A stretch of DNA of 64,000 nucleotides from Candidatus Bathyarchaeota archaeon (GTDB lineage: Archaea; Thermoproteota; Bathyarchaeia; Bathyarchaeales; Bathycorpusculaceae). The notes below the pieces were generated by a model. It did no database searches. It worked only from the letters and a program-made list of their open reading frames with translations, and was not told the origin of the DNA. How positions within the stretch are numbered: position 1 is the stretch's first letter; each line of letters starts with the position of its first letter. Location: assembly GCA_963739305.1 (NCBI GenBank), contig CAVTZU010000020.1:1-64000 (forward strand). Reading direction: 5' to 3'. The position numbers and the translations under genes are program-made. Of the stretch, positions 51,250 to 62,614 are shown piece by piece.

Positions 51250-52323
51250 ATGAAAAGAATCGAAGCACTTAGAGAACAAGCCTTCAACAAGAGAAACTTC
51301 GATGCGTACCTCGTAACCAACGAGCACAATCTCCTTTACCTCACAGGCACGCCGGGCGCAGCATGTCTGCTCATACCGAAAAAAGGCCAAAACACCATCT
51401 ATGTCTACGGCGTCAACTACGACCAAACCAAAGCAGAAGCAAAAGACTGCACGGTCGAACTCATCAAACGAGGCGAAAAACTAACCGACAAAATAGCCCC
51501 AGCATTCAAAAACCTAAACATCAAGAAACTCGCTACGGACACCCTCTACTACGAAATCTACCGCCTCTTTGCAAAAGCCCTCAGAGGCAAAGCAAAACTG
51601 AAAATGCAAGCCCGACTCATATCGGAACTCCGCAAAGTAAAAGACGCAGAAGAGCTGGCAAAAATGCGAAAAGCCGGAGAAATAACCGTAGCAGGCATGA
51701 AAGCAGCCTTCGAAACCATAAAACCAGGCGTCACCGAAATCGAAGTCGCAGCCGAAATCGAGTACGCAATGCGCAAGAACAAGGGCTATGGAACAGCCTT
51801 CGAAACCATCGTTGCTTCAGGCACGCGATCGGCATACCCACATGGGGGATGCGCCGACAGACCAATCCACAAAGGTGACCTTGTCGTCGTCGACATAGGC
51901 GCAATCTACGAGTACTACCGCTCAGACATGACAAGAACCTTCGCTGCTGGTGGCTCAACACAAAAACAGAAAAAACTCTACGAAATTGTGAAAAACGCCC
52001 AAGAAAAAGCATACCACGCGATCAAAGCCAGAGCGAAAGGAAAAGACATAGACCAAGTAGCCCGCAAAATAATCGAAGACGCCGGCTACGGCGAAAACTT
52101 CAACCACGGCCTAGGACACGGCGTCGGCCTAGAAATTCATGAACAACCAAACTTGAGTTCGATAAGCAAAGACAAACTTGCGGAAGGAAACGTCGTCACT
52201 GATGAACCTGGCATATACTTCCCAGGATGGGGAGGAATCCGCATAGAAGACACTGTGCTCGTCAAAAAACGCGCTTCAGAAAAGTTCACAGACGGCTTCT
52301 ACAGCCTAGAAACCGCAAAATAA
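51250..52323 (+). CDS. Xaa-Pro aminopeptidase (M24B)
   Basis: SAYPHG, SDMTRT, HGLGHGVGLEIHE, EPGIY, RIED. Confidence 0.93.
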   Translation: MKRIEALREQAFNKRNFDAYLVTNEHNLLYLTGTPGAACLLIPKKGQNTIYVYGVNYDQTKAEAKDCTVELIKRGEKLTDKIAPAFKNLNIKKLATDTLYYEIYRLFAKALRGKAKLKMQARLISELRKVKDAEELAKMRKAGEITVAGMKAAFETIKPGVTEIEVAAEIEYAMRKNKGYGTAFETIVASGTRSAYPHGGCADRPIHKGDLVVVDIGAIYEYYRSDMTRTFAAGGSTQKQKKLYEIVKNAQEKAYHAIKARAKGKDIDQVARKIIEDAGYGENFNHGLGHGVGLEIHEQPNLSSISKDKLAEGNVVTDEPGIYFPGWGGIRIEDTVLVKKRASEKFTDGFYSLETAK

Positions 52324-52337
52324 CGCCAAACCGTTTT

Positions 52338-52964
52338 TCATTTGTTCTGTGAACTCTTTTCCCTGCCTATCACGTTCCTTACGTGCTTGGTCCTGCTGAA
52401 ATCCTCCAGATCTTCATCCAACAACAACTCTTGAATGTACCTCACTTGCCTCTCCGCAGATGGGATAATGATCCTTTCTAAAGCATTGACCTTCCTGTTT
52501 ATCCTCAACAGTTCGTTAGCTATCCTCTCAATCGCGGTCTCAACCTGAGCGATAAACAGAAGTTCACTCATCAAATCCCCAAGCTTCTCCGCGACACTGT
52601 ACAGCTCCATTTCCTCGATAGAATCGATCCGAGGTCTCTCAGTAACCTTAAGCTTAGGCACAACAACGCCCATGACGGAAACAGGTCTAACATCAATCTT
52701 GATTTTTGAAATGGGCAGGGCAGAAGAAGCCACGTGTTCGAGACCGAGACTCGCCGTTGCTTCCTTGAAGGCATCATAGATTTCTGCAAGCCGCGCCTCC
52801 AACATTTCTCGTTTTCCCAGCTGTTTGATGAGGTTGTTAAGCTCCCCTACCAAACGGTCTCTCTTCACCTTCAGGATGTTCTTTCCGTCCTGGATCAGTT
52901 TGAGATTGCCCCTGAGCCTTATGAGGGCGCCCCTGGTCGCGGTGACTCTGCCCGTGAGCGACAT
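52338..52964 (-). CDS. atpD: A/V-type ATPase subunit D
   Basis: LKVKRDRL, RKVNALE; operon context. Confidence 0.88.
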   Translation of the reverse strand: MSLTGRVTATRGALIRLRGNLKLIQDGKNILKVKRDRLVGELNNLIKQLGKREMLEARLAEIYDAFKEATASLGLEHVASSALPISKIKIDVRPVSVMGVVVPKLKVTERPRIDSIEEMELYSVAEKLGDLMSELLFIAQVETAIERIANELLRINRKVNALERIIIPSAERQVRYIQELLLDEDLEDFSRTKHVRNVIGREKSSQNK

Positions 52965-52974
52965 TCCTTCATCA

Positions 52975-54376
52975 TCACTTTCTGTGTTTCGGATGATACT
53001 TCTCGAGGAATTCCTCGCTTATCCTGACCAATTCATCCTCCGGAAGAATAGAGAGCGCTTCCCATGCAATATCCAAGGTTCTTTGGACGCTCCTGTTCTC
53101 GTACTCACTTTGGCTGACGAATTGCCTATCAAAAGCCTCAGCGAACTTGAGGAAAGCTTCGCTCACGCTCGCTCAGCTCCATCTCACCGACAATCCGCGC
53201 CAGCTGCCTAGCTTTCACGCCCTGAGCGTAACTATCATACAACTGGTCAGAAACGTCATGATGATCCTCCCTGGTCTTTGTGCCGCCCACGCCTTTCCTC
53301 ATAAGCCTACTCAGCGACGGCAAAACGTTAATCGGCGGATAGATCCCTCGAGAGTTCAAATCTCTGTCGAGGAAAATCTGTCCTTCAGTTATGTAACCGG
53401 TCAGGTCAGGGATTGGATGGTGAAAATCTCCCCCGGGCATCGTCAGGACAGGCATCTGAGTCAAAGATCCCTTCTTTCCCTCGATGATTCCTGCTCTTTC
53501 AAATATAGAGGCAAGATCACTGTACAGATAACCTGGGTAACCAGCCCTTCCAGGAACTTCTTCCCTTGCCGAGCTGAGTTCTCTCAAAGCCTCAGCATAG
53601 TTCGTCATGTCGCTAAGGATCGCTAGAACGTGATAGCCCAGATCGAACGCCAAGTGCTCCGCGGCCGTCAGAGCGATTCTCGGCGTGAACAGCCTTTCAA
53701 CCGCGGGGTCGTCAGCAAGGTTCAGGACCAAAACGGATCTTTCGAGGGTTCCTGACTTCTTGAGTTCATCAACGAAAAACCTAACCTCATCGTTCTTGAG
53801 GCCCATAGCCGCAAAAACCACCGCGAAATTAGTCTTCTCGCCAAGGACGGTTGCCTGCCTCAATACTTGTGCGAGTAGTCTGTTGTGGGGCAACCCGCTC
53901 TCCGAGAAAATAGGAAGTTTTTGTCCTCTGACAAGAGACATCATTCCGTCTATCGCAGATACACCCGTCTGAATGAATTCGCTCGGATACAATCTGGCTT
54001 TCGGGTTGATAGGAGCACCGTTGATGTCCTTCAATTCACTCGAGAAGATCGGTGGCAACCCATCAATGGGGTCAAACTTTCCGTTAAACACGCGTCCAAG
54101 AATCTCTGCGGAAACAGGAATCTGGAACGCGGATCCCCTGAAACTGACGACGCTGTCGATCTGAAGCCCTGTCGGGTCTCCGAAAACTTGTATTACCGCC
54201 AGATCCTTGCTGACTTCAAGAACTCTCCCCATCCGTTCTATTCCAGTGGAGCCGCGAATCTCAACAATCTCGTCGTAGCCCACGTCGGCGGCGCCTTCAA
54301 GGAACAACAAAGGACCCTTGATCTCCCTAACACCCCTGTACTGCTTCCCATGTAAGGTCTCAATTGATTCTGACAT
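52975..54376 (-). CDS. atpB: A/V-type ATPase subunit B (frameshift near 53155)
   Basis: [36 protein letters not shown]; C-terminus in the adjacent frame. Confidence 0.92.
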
Positions 54377-54391
54377 TCAACTAGGCCTCCG

Positions 54392-56201
54392 TCATTTCTC
54401 CTCGACCACGTAACGTCTGCCAATGGCTGCCAGCTGTTCATCGGCTTCTCTCTTCACCCTCAAGATTTCCTCTTCTGCTCTTTCAGACTCCTTGATCCTC
54501 TTTATCTGCGATATCGCGGGCAAGTCAACGATTTCCCTCATCGGGACCTGTTTCTTTACTAGAGCCTCTGCGTTCTGATAGAAGCTGAGAATCAGGTCCA
54601 ACAGGAGTATCTGATTAGGTGGAGAATAATAGGAATCAATGCCATACGCACTCTGTCGGAGAAAGCCTTCAGTGATCATTCCAGTTATGAGAAGTATGAG
54701 CCTCTGCTCATCTGGCAAAGCGCTCTCACCGATTATCTGTGCAATCGATTCCACCTCGGCTGACTCGCTCAGCAGCTTGAGTGCAAGGCCTCTGAGCTGA
54801 ACAAAGCTGCGCAGCTCTGCCCCCCAAAGTTTCGATAATCTATCGATTTCTTTATTGTAGACGCGAGCCCAACCTTCCTCAAGCTCAGGCACGTACAGAC
54901 TGTAGCTCTTCAACCAATTTATCGCGGGAAAATGTCTTCTGTAAGCCAACTCCTCATCGAGCGCCCAAAAAACCCCCGTAAACCTCAAGAGTGTCAATGG
55001 TAACAGGTTCATTGAAGTCCCCGCCCGGCGGCGAAACCGCCCCGATCACCGTGACTGAACCTTCCCGACGAGGCTTTCCTATCGTTTCAACCATGCCTGC
55101 TCGCTCATAGAATTCTGCAATCCTATCCGGCAAATACGCTGGATAACCTTTCTCCGACGGCATCTCTTCGAGCCTACTCGAAATCTCCCTCAGCGCCTCT
55201 GCCCAACGACTAGTGGAATCTGCCAGCAATGCAACGTTCAACCCCATGTCCCTGTAGTATTCGCCGATCGTTATCCCAAGATAGATACTCGCCTCTCTTG
55301 CCGCGACAGGCATGTTGCTGGTGTTGGCAATGATGATCGTTCGCTCCATCAAAGGAAGCCCAAGCTTAGGATCCATCAAAGTCGGAAAATCTCTCACCAC
55401 ATCACATATTTCGTTCCCTCTTTCTCCACACCCGATGTAAACTATCACGTCAGCGTCGCTCCACCTGGCCAACTGCTGGAGCACGACTGTCTTTCCAGTG
55501 CCAAACCCACCGGGAATACAGGCTGAGCCGCCTTTTGCGATCGGAAAAATCGCATCAATGACTCGTTGACCGGTGATCAGGGGCTGGTTGATCGCCAATC
55601 TTCGACTTGAGGGCCTAGGAGTTCTTATAGGCCAGTCTTGCTTCAAGGAGACTTCAATTTTCTTCCCGTCGTCTTGAAGCGTAATGGGCGAGTCTTCTAC
55701 CGTGAAATCGCCTTCGAGTATGTCTGCTACTTTCCCGCGCACGCCAGGGGGGGTCATAATTTTGAGGGTCAGCATTCTCGTTTCTTTGACTTCACCTAGA
55801 ACGTCGCCTTCTTCAACTGAGTCTCCTACTGCTCGTGTGGGTTTAAAATGCCATTTCTTTTGCCTATCAAGCATGTTGATTTTGAGCCCTCTCGAAAGAA
55901 ACGGTCCTGTTACCTTCAGAATTGATTCAAGAGGCCGTCCAATACCGTCTAGAACGTTGGTCAACAAACCTGGCCCCAATTCTGCAACAAGTCTGTGTCC
56001 TGTTGCCACGACCTCTTCACCAGGCTTGATGCCGCTTGTTTGTTCGTAAACTTGAATCGTGAATAGGTCCTCGTTCAGTCGTATCACCTCTCCGATGAGG
56101 CCTTCTTTGCCGACTTCTATCATTTCGCCCATGCGCACGTCTTTGATTCCTGTCGCGACGATGACTGAGCCGATGATTCTCTTTATCTCGCCCTTCCTCA
56201 A
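54392..56201 (-). CDS. atpA: A/V-type ATPase subunit A (frameshift near 54990)
   Basis: GGFGTGKT, CGERGNE, SNMPVAARE, SPPGGD; the adjacent frame gives LRFTGVFWALD...HFPAINW. Confidence 0.92.
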
Positions 56202-56821
56202 TCTTCGGCACCTTCAAACAGCACTTCGTAGATCTTTTGACCGGATTCTTTTCGAAACTCGTCCGTTCTCGCCTCGAGGGTATTGTTGAAAATCTGTTTC
56301 TTATCCATAGTTCGAACCATTGCTCCTCCAAGAGTGTCTATCGTTTCCTTTCCAATTCTCAGTTTTACTTGTTGATGCTTCAAAGATGAAACCCTGTTCT
56401 TCAGCTGTTCAAGGCTTTTGCTCACAGATTCTTTGTCTCGAGAGTTGGTGACAATTTCGAACTCGTTGCCACTCAGTTTTGTTGCTGCCTCAGCGATCAG
56501 TCTGTTCAAACTTTCAGAATATCTCGCATCGTCCTTGACGGTCTTGTGGAGATACTCCTCGAATTCCGCCATTGTCTCTTCAAAAAGCCGAAACCTGGCG
56601 TTCAAGATCTTGTTTCTGCCACCGGTCTTTGCTTGCGCCAGGTCTCGCTCTCCCTTTTCCTCCACGGCTCTAGACTTCTCTTCCATCTTTTGGTTTCTGG
56701 TTTTTTCAGCTTTTTCCTTCGCTTCTCCGAGTATCTTCTCAGCTTTGCTTCTGGCTTCCTCGACTATCTCTTTTGCTTCCATTTCGTGGAGAAACCGCAC
56801 TTGAGCTCTCAGGTTTTCCAT
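56198..56821 (-). CDS. atpE: A/V-type ATPase subunit E
   Basis: Charged coiled coil, LGGAMV...FNNTLEAR. Confidence 0.8.
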   Translation of the reverse strand: MENLRAQVRFLHEMEAKEIVEEARSKAEKILGEAKEKAEKTRNQKMEEKSRAVEEKGERDLAQAKTGGRNKILNARFRLFEETMAEFEEYLHKTVKDDARYSESLNRLIAEAATKLSGNEFEIVTNSRDKESVSKSLEQLKNRVSSLKHQQVKLRIGKETIDTLGGAMVRTMDKKQIFNNTLEARTDEFRKESGQKIYEVLFEGAED

Positions 56822-56827
56822 GATTGT

Positions 56828-57145
56828 TTACTCTCCGAGAACCGAGTTAGCGATGAAGGCAATCGCTTTCTTCTTGTTCTTGTTAGCAAGTTTGGTCAGG
56901 TTCTTGATTTTTTCGTCTGTCGATTCTTCGATCGTTCGCTTTTCCTCTTCGATTTGGAGTTTTCTCTCCTTGAAGAAAGCGTCGTAGTCTTGCTCCTCTG
57001 CTTCTTTCAAAATTCTCTTTGCGTCCTCTTCCGCTTTCTCAATCGTTCTCACTGCCTCTTCACGCCCCTTGACGAGCTTCTGCTCAGCTTCTTTTTCCAG
57101 TCGAACCAGATCCTCTACTTCTTCAAACGACAATTCAGTCACCAA
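56828..57145 (-). CDS. A/V-type ATPase subunit H (G)
   Basis: 105 aa E/K coiled coil inside the operon. Confidence 0.7.
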   Translation of the reverse strand: MVTELSFEEVEDLVRLEKEAEQKLVKGREEAVRTIEKAEEDAKRILKEAEEQDYDAFFKERKLQIEEEKRTIEESTDEKIKNLTKLANKNKKKAIAFIANSVLGE

Positions 57146-57461
57146 ACTTCAGCTTTATGCCTAGACTCTGGCTGACGAGTTGTTTCAGTTGATCTTCTCT
57201 CTCACCGAGGCTCCCACTTGGCCCAGGAATGACGATGAAAACAGGATACAGCCTATGTGTTGCCAGGAGGTTGTTTCTCAGCTCCGTCAGCCGGAGCGCC
57301 ACGCTCTGGGTTACTATCATCATTCTGTACCGGTCCTCGGCGACCAGTTCCTGGACCTTCTGAGCGGCCATTTCATCGTTTCCTTCTTCGATCACGTCGA
57401 CTCCCGCGAACCTGAACAAGTTGGTCAAGAACTTGTCGCCGACCAGAACTATATCGTTCAT
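57135..57461 (-). CDS. atpF: A/V-type ATPase subunit F
   Basis: IVLVGD...FRFAGV...VIPG...SLGI. Confidence 0.85.
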   Translation of the reverse strand: MNDIVLVGDKFLTNLFRFAGVDVIEEGNDEMAAQKVQELVAEDRYRMMIVTQSVALRLTELRNNLLATHRLYPVFIVIPGPSGSLGEREDQLKQLVSQSLGIKLKFGD

Positions 57462-58058
57462 ACGCCTTTCACTGTGAAGTGAAGTGTTGTGCCTCTACAT
57501 TTTATAGCTTTTTGACGCTCTCGCTCTTTCGCTAACGAGGGTCGCGCTTTTCAATCGCGCGCTACGAAACGATTCCGTAGTGTCAAATGAATTCCGGTCG
57601 TGACTTTACCAGGAAGACCAGACTCAACGTGGAAAGGACAAGTGCAGCGCGGCGCGCGCTAAATCATGAACGGAATCCCTGTTGATAACTGGGGATTCCA
57701 GACGAAAAACAAGGCAGACCGTTAGCCAAAAGCACTTTTCTGCCACTTTTTTGTCAATGGAATTCAAAATTCGGAGAAAAATTTAAAAGCAAGTTATGTG
57801 CGCATTAGGAAGCTGAATGAGGGAAATGGTGGAAGTAATTTTAACTCCCTTCTCTCCTTTCTCCCCTCGAGAATAATCTACCATTCTCCCTCATTACCAA
57901 TTCTAGCCGCCAAGTGCACTTATAGCTTATGGAACAATGTTCTAGTCGCCGGAATAGTCACGTCGGAACATAACGCTCTGCGATTTCAGGAAAGAGTAAA
58001 TGCGGTTCACCAACAAATATGGAAGTCACAAACCGATATCGCTGGTTGTTGGTTGAAA

Positions 58059-58541
58059 ATGGCCAAAGTCCTAATTGTCTATGATTCGAGGTCGGGCAAC
58101 ACCCAAAAGATGGCTCTGGAAATAGCCGAAGGAGCCAAAACCGTGAAACATGTCGATGTGATCGTTAAGAAGGTTGGTCAAACGACTCTTGATGACCTTG
58201 TTGGTGCTGACGGAATCATCATCGGCTCCCCAACGTATTATGGGTTGATGTCGGGGAAACTCAAGGCCCTGATCGACGAGTCGGTGAAGATTCACGGAAA
58301 ACTGGATGGTAAGGTCGGCGCAGCGTTTACGAGTTCCGGCGGAGTCGCGTCTGGGGCCGAGACCACTTTGCTATCGATCGTACAGGCGATGTTGGTTCAC
58401 GGTATGATTATTCAAGGAAGGTCTGACGACAAGCACTATGGCACCGCCGCGGTAGGTCAGCCAAACGACGATGACATCAAATCGTGCAGAGATCTTGGAA
58501 GAAGAGTTTCGAACCTAGCTGCAAAATTGGAGACGAAATGA
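58059..58541 (+). CDS. Flavodoxin/WrbA-like protein
   Basis: YDSRSGNT, GSPTYYG, GKVGAAF. Confidence 0.88.
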   Translation: MAKVLIVYDSRSGNTQKMALEIAEGAKTVKHVDVIVKKVGQTTLDDLVGADGIIIGSPTYYGLMSGKLKALIDESVKIHGKLDGKVGAAFTSSGGVASGAETTLLSIVQAMLVHGMIIQGRSDDKHYGTAAVGQPNDDDIKSCRDLGRRVSNLAAKLETK

Positions 58542-58737
58542 AAGAGAGCGTTATTTTTTCCAGTATTGTAAAGCAACCGAAACGACTTCTAGCGCGCCTG
58601 CGTGTCTTTGAATAAGAAGACATGCGAGGTATAGCAGAAGATTCTTCCAGAAAGCAATATCAGCATGAACGACCTTAGGAATGTTCGGAGAAGGAGTCAT
58701 TGCATAATACCAACTGTCTTGTTAAGGCGATGGCCTT

Positions 58738-60588
58738 TTGAAATTCAAACCAAAGACGAATGCAGTGGTTCTTCTAGTCATTCTTTGTTTGACGATTTCG
58801 ATAATTTCCTCCCCGAAGCGCGCGCGTGCTTCGCAAAGCACCCCCACGCTTGCCGATTACCTCAACTCTTGGATCAATAACACGACTTTTGACGACAGCC
58901 CCCTGGCGACGCAATGGGGAATGGTATTCGGCAACAAACAAATGTCAAGCTATGACATTGCTGCGCAAGATGCCGCTGATGCTCAGCGGTGGACGGACGT
59001 TTTTCTAATCAAACGGTCCGCTGAAATCTCTGGCTACGGTTCTCCAGTCTTAGACTCTGCGGTAATAACGGCACTCCAGAATTGCCCGAAGGCTGGTGCA
59101 TTACCTGTCACCTACGGAAACGGGTGGCTCGTGTACGATGGGTTCGCGCTGTGGGCTCCGAAATGGGCAGGAGAACTTGGAGTGGCAGGATGGAATGCCA
59201 CTGAAATGTTCAATCAACTCAAGTATTTCGTCGATCTGTACGGTGGAGGTTTCCTCGTTGCGTATGAGAACTATGCGATTTCCACCAATCAGGCAAACAC
59301 ACGCTACTATGACGAGCAAGCTGAAACTCTACGAGCTTTCGTTATACTTGCGAGGCAAGGCGTTCAAGGTGCGATGGCCTACGCTGACAAGATATGGAAC
59401 CACCTGAACTCCGATGGCTGGTGGACTGGACAATGGTACTGGTACCGTCCTAGCTTGCAAGAGTTTGAATGTGAAATGGGAGGGTTCGCAATGGTAATCT
59501 CTGACTATCTGGGCTACGTTCATCCCAACGTAATTAGCGATCTCGAGTCAAAGCTTCTGGCTCATGGTTGGGACAGCCCTTGCTGGCAGAACAACGGATC
59601 CAGGTACGTGATCAACCATGCAAATTTTCCGAACGGTGCAGTTGTTACGGCTGAAATGCGCCCCGGGGAGACTCTTGCTGTGTGGAGAGCCCTTCAGTCG
59701 GTTTATCCAAGCATGCCTGTAGAGGATCAAGAAACCATCACCAACATGCTTTCTGGTTCAGCATGGTACAACGCCATAACCAGTGGAGCTTATGACAATG
59801 GCACAGCGCGAAGAGTGACTGGAGCGGCCGTCATGTTTCTAATGGGCATTATACCAGAAACAGGAAGCCTCAACCTAGGATACCGTGAAGAAGGCTACGT
59901 TACCAACACCGAGATTATCAAAAGCAACAACCTTGCGTTTGACTACGATGGTCGACGGATTCGCATATCACTCTTTGCCGGAAGCCTAGGCTTCAATTTC
60001 GGAACCACCCCCGTTTCCTACAGTTTTAACGAAACAGGAATCTATGATGTGTACTTTTCAAGCGACTGGAACACAGTGAAGGAGGCCAATTACTTGGGCT
60101 TGGATAACGATACCATACTGACACCCCCCAAGGCGGTCTTCACCTACGAACCGCTCAACTTCTATGTCAACATGACGGTGACTTTCAACGCCACGTCGTC
60201 GAAGCCTGGCTGGAACGGCACGGCTCAGTCGCCGATTATAGACTATCGATGGGATTTTGGAGACGGAAACATTACTGAGGGAGATTATCCAACGATAACA
60301 CATGATTACACGACGCTCGGAAAGAAAATGGTAGGATTGACAGTGGCTGACGCCGCCGGATATACGGGTTACACTCAGCAAACAGTTGAAGCGCGCGCGA
60401 CCTACCTCATCGATTTGAACGGCGATGGCATTTTTGATATCTACGACGCCGTGTTGTTTGCAGGTGCATTCCACTCAGTCCTTGGCAGCTCAAACTGGAA
60501 TCCTAGGGCAGACTTAAACGGCGATGGCGCCGTCGACCTTTACGACGCTGTAATCTTGGCAAGCTACCTAAAAGGAAGCCACCCATAG
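58738..60588 (+). CDS. Secreted modular protein: signal peptide + unknown domain + PKD + dockerin-like
   Basis: YRWDFGDG (PKD); DLNGDGIFDIYD and ADLNGDGAVDLYD (dockerin-type repeats). Confidence 0.85.
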   Translation: MKFKPKTNAVVLLVILCLTISIISSPKRARASQSTPTLADYLNSWINNTTFDDSPLATQWGMVFGNKQMSSYDIAAQDAADAQRWTDVFLIKRSAEISGYGSPVLDSAVITALQNCPKAGALPVTYGNGWLVYDGFALWAPKWAGELGVAGWNATEMFNQLKYFVDLYGGGFLVAYENYAISTNQANTRYYDEQAETLRAFVILARQGVQGAMAYADKIWNHLNSDGWWTGQWYWYRPSLQEFECEMGGFAMVISDYLGYVHPNVISDLESKLLAHGWDSPCWQNNGSRYVINHANFPNGAVVTAEMRPGETLAVWRALQSVYPSMPVEDQETITNMLSGSAWYNAITSGAYDNGTARRVTGAAVMFLMGIIPETGSLNLGYREEGYVTNTEIIKSNNLAFDYDGRRIRISLFAGSLGFNFGTTPVSYSFNETGIYDVYFSSDWNTVKEANYLGLDNDTILTPPKAVFTYEPLNFYVNMTVTFNATSSKPGWNGTAQSPIIDYRWDFGDGNITEGDYPTITHDYTTLGKKMVGLTVADAAGYTGYTQQTVEARATYLIDLNGDGIFDIYDAVLFAGAFHSVLGSSNWNPRADLNGDGAVDLYDAVILASYLKGSHP

Positions 60589-60784
60589 TTTTTGAACTAG
60601 AGTCAATATGCTTGCCAAAATTCCCTTCATGGTGAAGGGAACTAATCAACAAGCTTGCGGCATTGCGGCGTCGTTGAGAACGCGCTACAAGAATGAAAAC
60701 ATTTGAATAAATCTCTTCCAAGCCTGCCAGTTCCTTGCCTATTTTTGATCTGAATTCCAGGTTCATAAACCTCATCAATGCAGG

Positions 60785-61123
60785 ATGAACAGAATCTCAA
60801 GATGTAACGAGTTGACTTGTTTGAGGCACTTAGCGTTCTATTACGCGGTTGGTTTCGTGATCTTGGGTTGTCTATTGCTGGTCGCGCTTTCTTCAACGCT
60901 CGTTGGAGTGGTGCTGGGTGGCTTTGACCCGTATGCTGTCACCAGCTTAGCTGCGGCGATGTTCTTGCCTTTCGTGATCGGGGCGCTTTCGTGGCGCGGC
61001 TGGAAAGAAGTGCAAAAGAGGCAGACGCAGGAATTAGCGCATAAACCTCTTGTTGGAGTAGAAGAACAGGAAACGATCGAACAGAATTCAGGCACTCGTC
61101 AAAATCGACCAGCCGAAGCGTAA
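60785..61123 (+). CDS. Small 2-TM hypothetical protein
   Basis: Two hydrophobic segments. Confidence 0.55.
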   Translation: MNRISRCNELTCLRHLAFYYAVGFVILGCLLLVALSSTLVGVVLGGFDPYAVTSLAAAMFLPFVIGALSWRGWKEVQKRQTQELAHKPLVGVEEQETIEQNSGTRQNRPAEA

Positions 61124-61254
61124 TAGTGCGCGCTAATACCACGCGGTTCATTCCGACGATAACGCTATTTGGCCAACGCGCGCTAGAAACGGGGCGTCCG
61201 CAACCTATTTAAGAATCATGGTTATCACCACGTCGATGGTTTGGTGCGCAAATT

Positions 61255-62614
61255 ATGAAAAGTGAGATACGATTGATTTTGGGTGTTGTTCTTCTCGCCG
61301 TTTTCATTTCAGCGCTTTGCACTCCGTTCGGCGCCGCCGCCGCGACAGGATGGAGCCAGACGTACGGTGGTTCCGGGGACGACGAGGCGTATTCTGTGGT
61401 TCAGACTGGCGACGGAGGCTACGCTTTAGCGGGGTACACGAACTCCAGCGGCGCAGGTAGCTACGATTTCTGGTTAATCAAGACCAACTCTTCGGGAGAC
61501 ATGCAGTGGAACCAGAACCTACGGAGGCTCAGGTGACGATGAAGCCTATTCAGTCGTCCAAAGCAACGACACGGGATACGCGATAGCTGGGAACACGAAT
61601 TCTTACGGTGCCGGTGAAACCGACGCTTGGCTGGTCAAAACAGACTCTTCTGGAAACATGCAGTGGAGCCAAACCTACGGGGGAAGAGCACAAGACGGAG
61701 TATACTCCGTAATCCAAACGAGCGACGGGGGCTACGCTTTAGCAGGGTACACTGATTCCTTCGGAGCAGGCGACTTCGACTTCTGGCTCGTCAAGACCAA
61801 CTCTTCTGGAAGCATGATGTGGAATCAGACTTACGGAGGCCAAGGGGATGATGAAGCTGGCTGTCTGATTCAAACAAGCGACGGAGGCTACGCGTTGGCG
61901 GGGTACACGAACTCTTTCGGCGCTGGCAGCTATGACTTCTGGTTAGTCAAGACAGACACTTCTGGAAACATGCAGTGGAACCAGACCTACGGCGGCTCAG
62001 GAGATGATGAAGCTAGCTGCGTGATTCAAACCAGCGACGGCTATGCTCTAGCCGGGTTCACCAACTCTACTGGAGCAGGCGACTACGATTTCTGGCTGGT
62101 CAGGACCAACTCCCTTGGAACATCGCAGTGGAGCCAAACCTACGGAGGAGGATACGACGAAATAGCAAATGCGCTAGTTCAAACTAGCGACGGAGGCTAC
62201 GCATTGGGAGGCTTGACAGGTTCCTACGGTGCCGGCGACGTCGATTATTGGCTCGTCAAGACCACATCTTCCGGAAGCATGCAGTGGAGCCAAACCTACG
62301 GAGGCTCAGATGACGATGAAGCGTATGCCCTGGTCCTGACAAGCGACGGAGGCTACGCGTTAGCCGGATTCACAGCTTCCTACGGCGCTGGCAGCTATGA
62401 CGCGTTTCTAGTTAAGACCGACTCCTCAGGAAACAGTGTGATGCCACCGTCATCACCATTCTCTATCTCATATTCCACGATATTGATGGTGTTGATTATA
62501 GTGATCATAATAATAGCGGTGGTAGTAGTCATAGTCCGCCGCAGGCGTCCCAGATCCGACACGAGCAGTGGTCAACAGTATCCACCTCCAAGTCCTGAAG
62601 TGAAACCGCCGTAA
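61255..62614 (+). CDS. Membrane-anchored surface protein with about 7 repeats of ~50 aa (beta-propeller-like), frameshift near 61516
   Basis: Repeats W.QTYGG..DD.A...QTSDGGYALAG.T.S.GAG..DFWLVKT; signal peptide; C-terminal TM + RRRR. Confidence 0.85.

Noticed and set aside
52975-56201. Programmed frameshifting or inteins in atpA/atpB
   Set aside because: No intein-sized insertion or clear slippery heptamer; single-base errors are common across the window
57798-58058. N-terminal extension of the flavodoxin ORF
   Set aside because: The family domain starts at ATG 58059; the upstream translation looks non-coding
61345-62430. ~150 bp tandem DNA repeats as a CRISPR array or non-coding repeat
   Set aside because: They are in-frame coding repeats of a ~50-aa unit with synonymous variation
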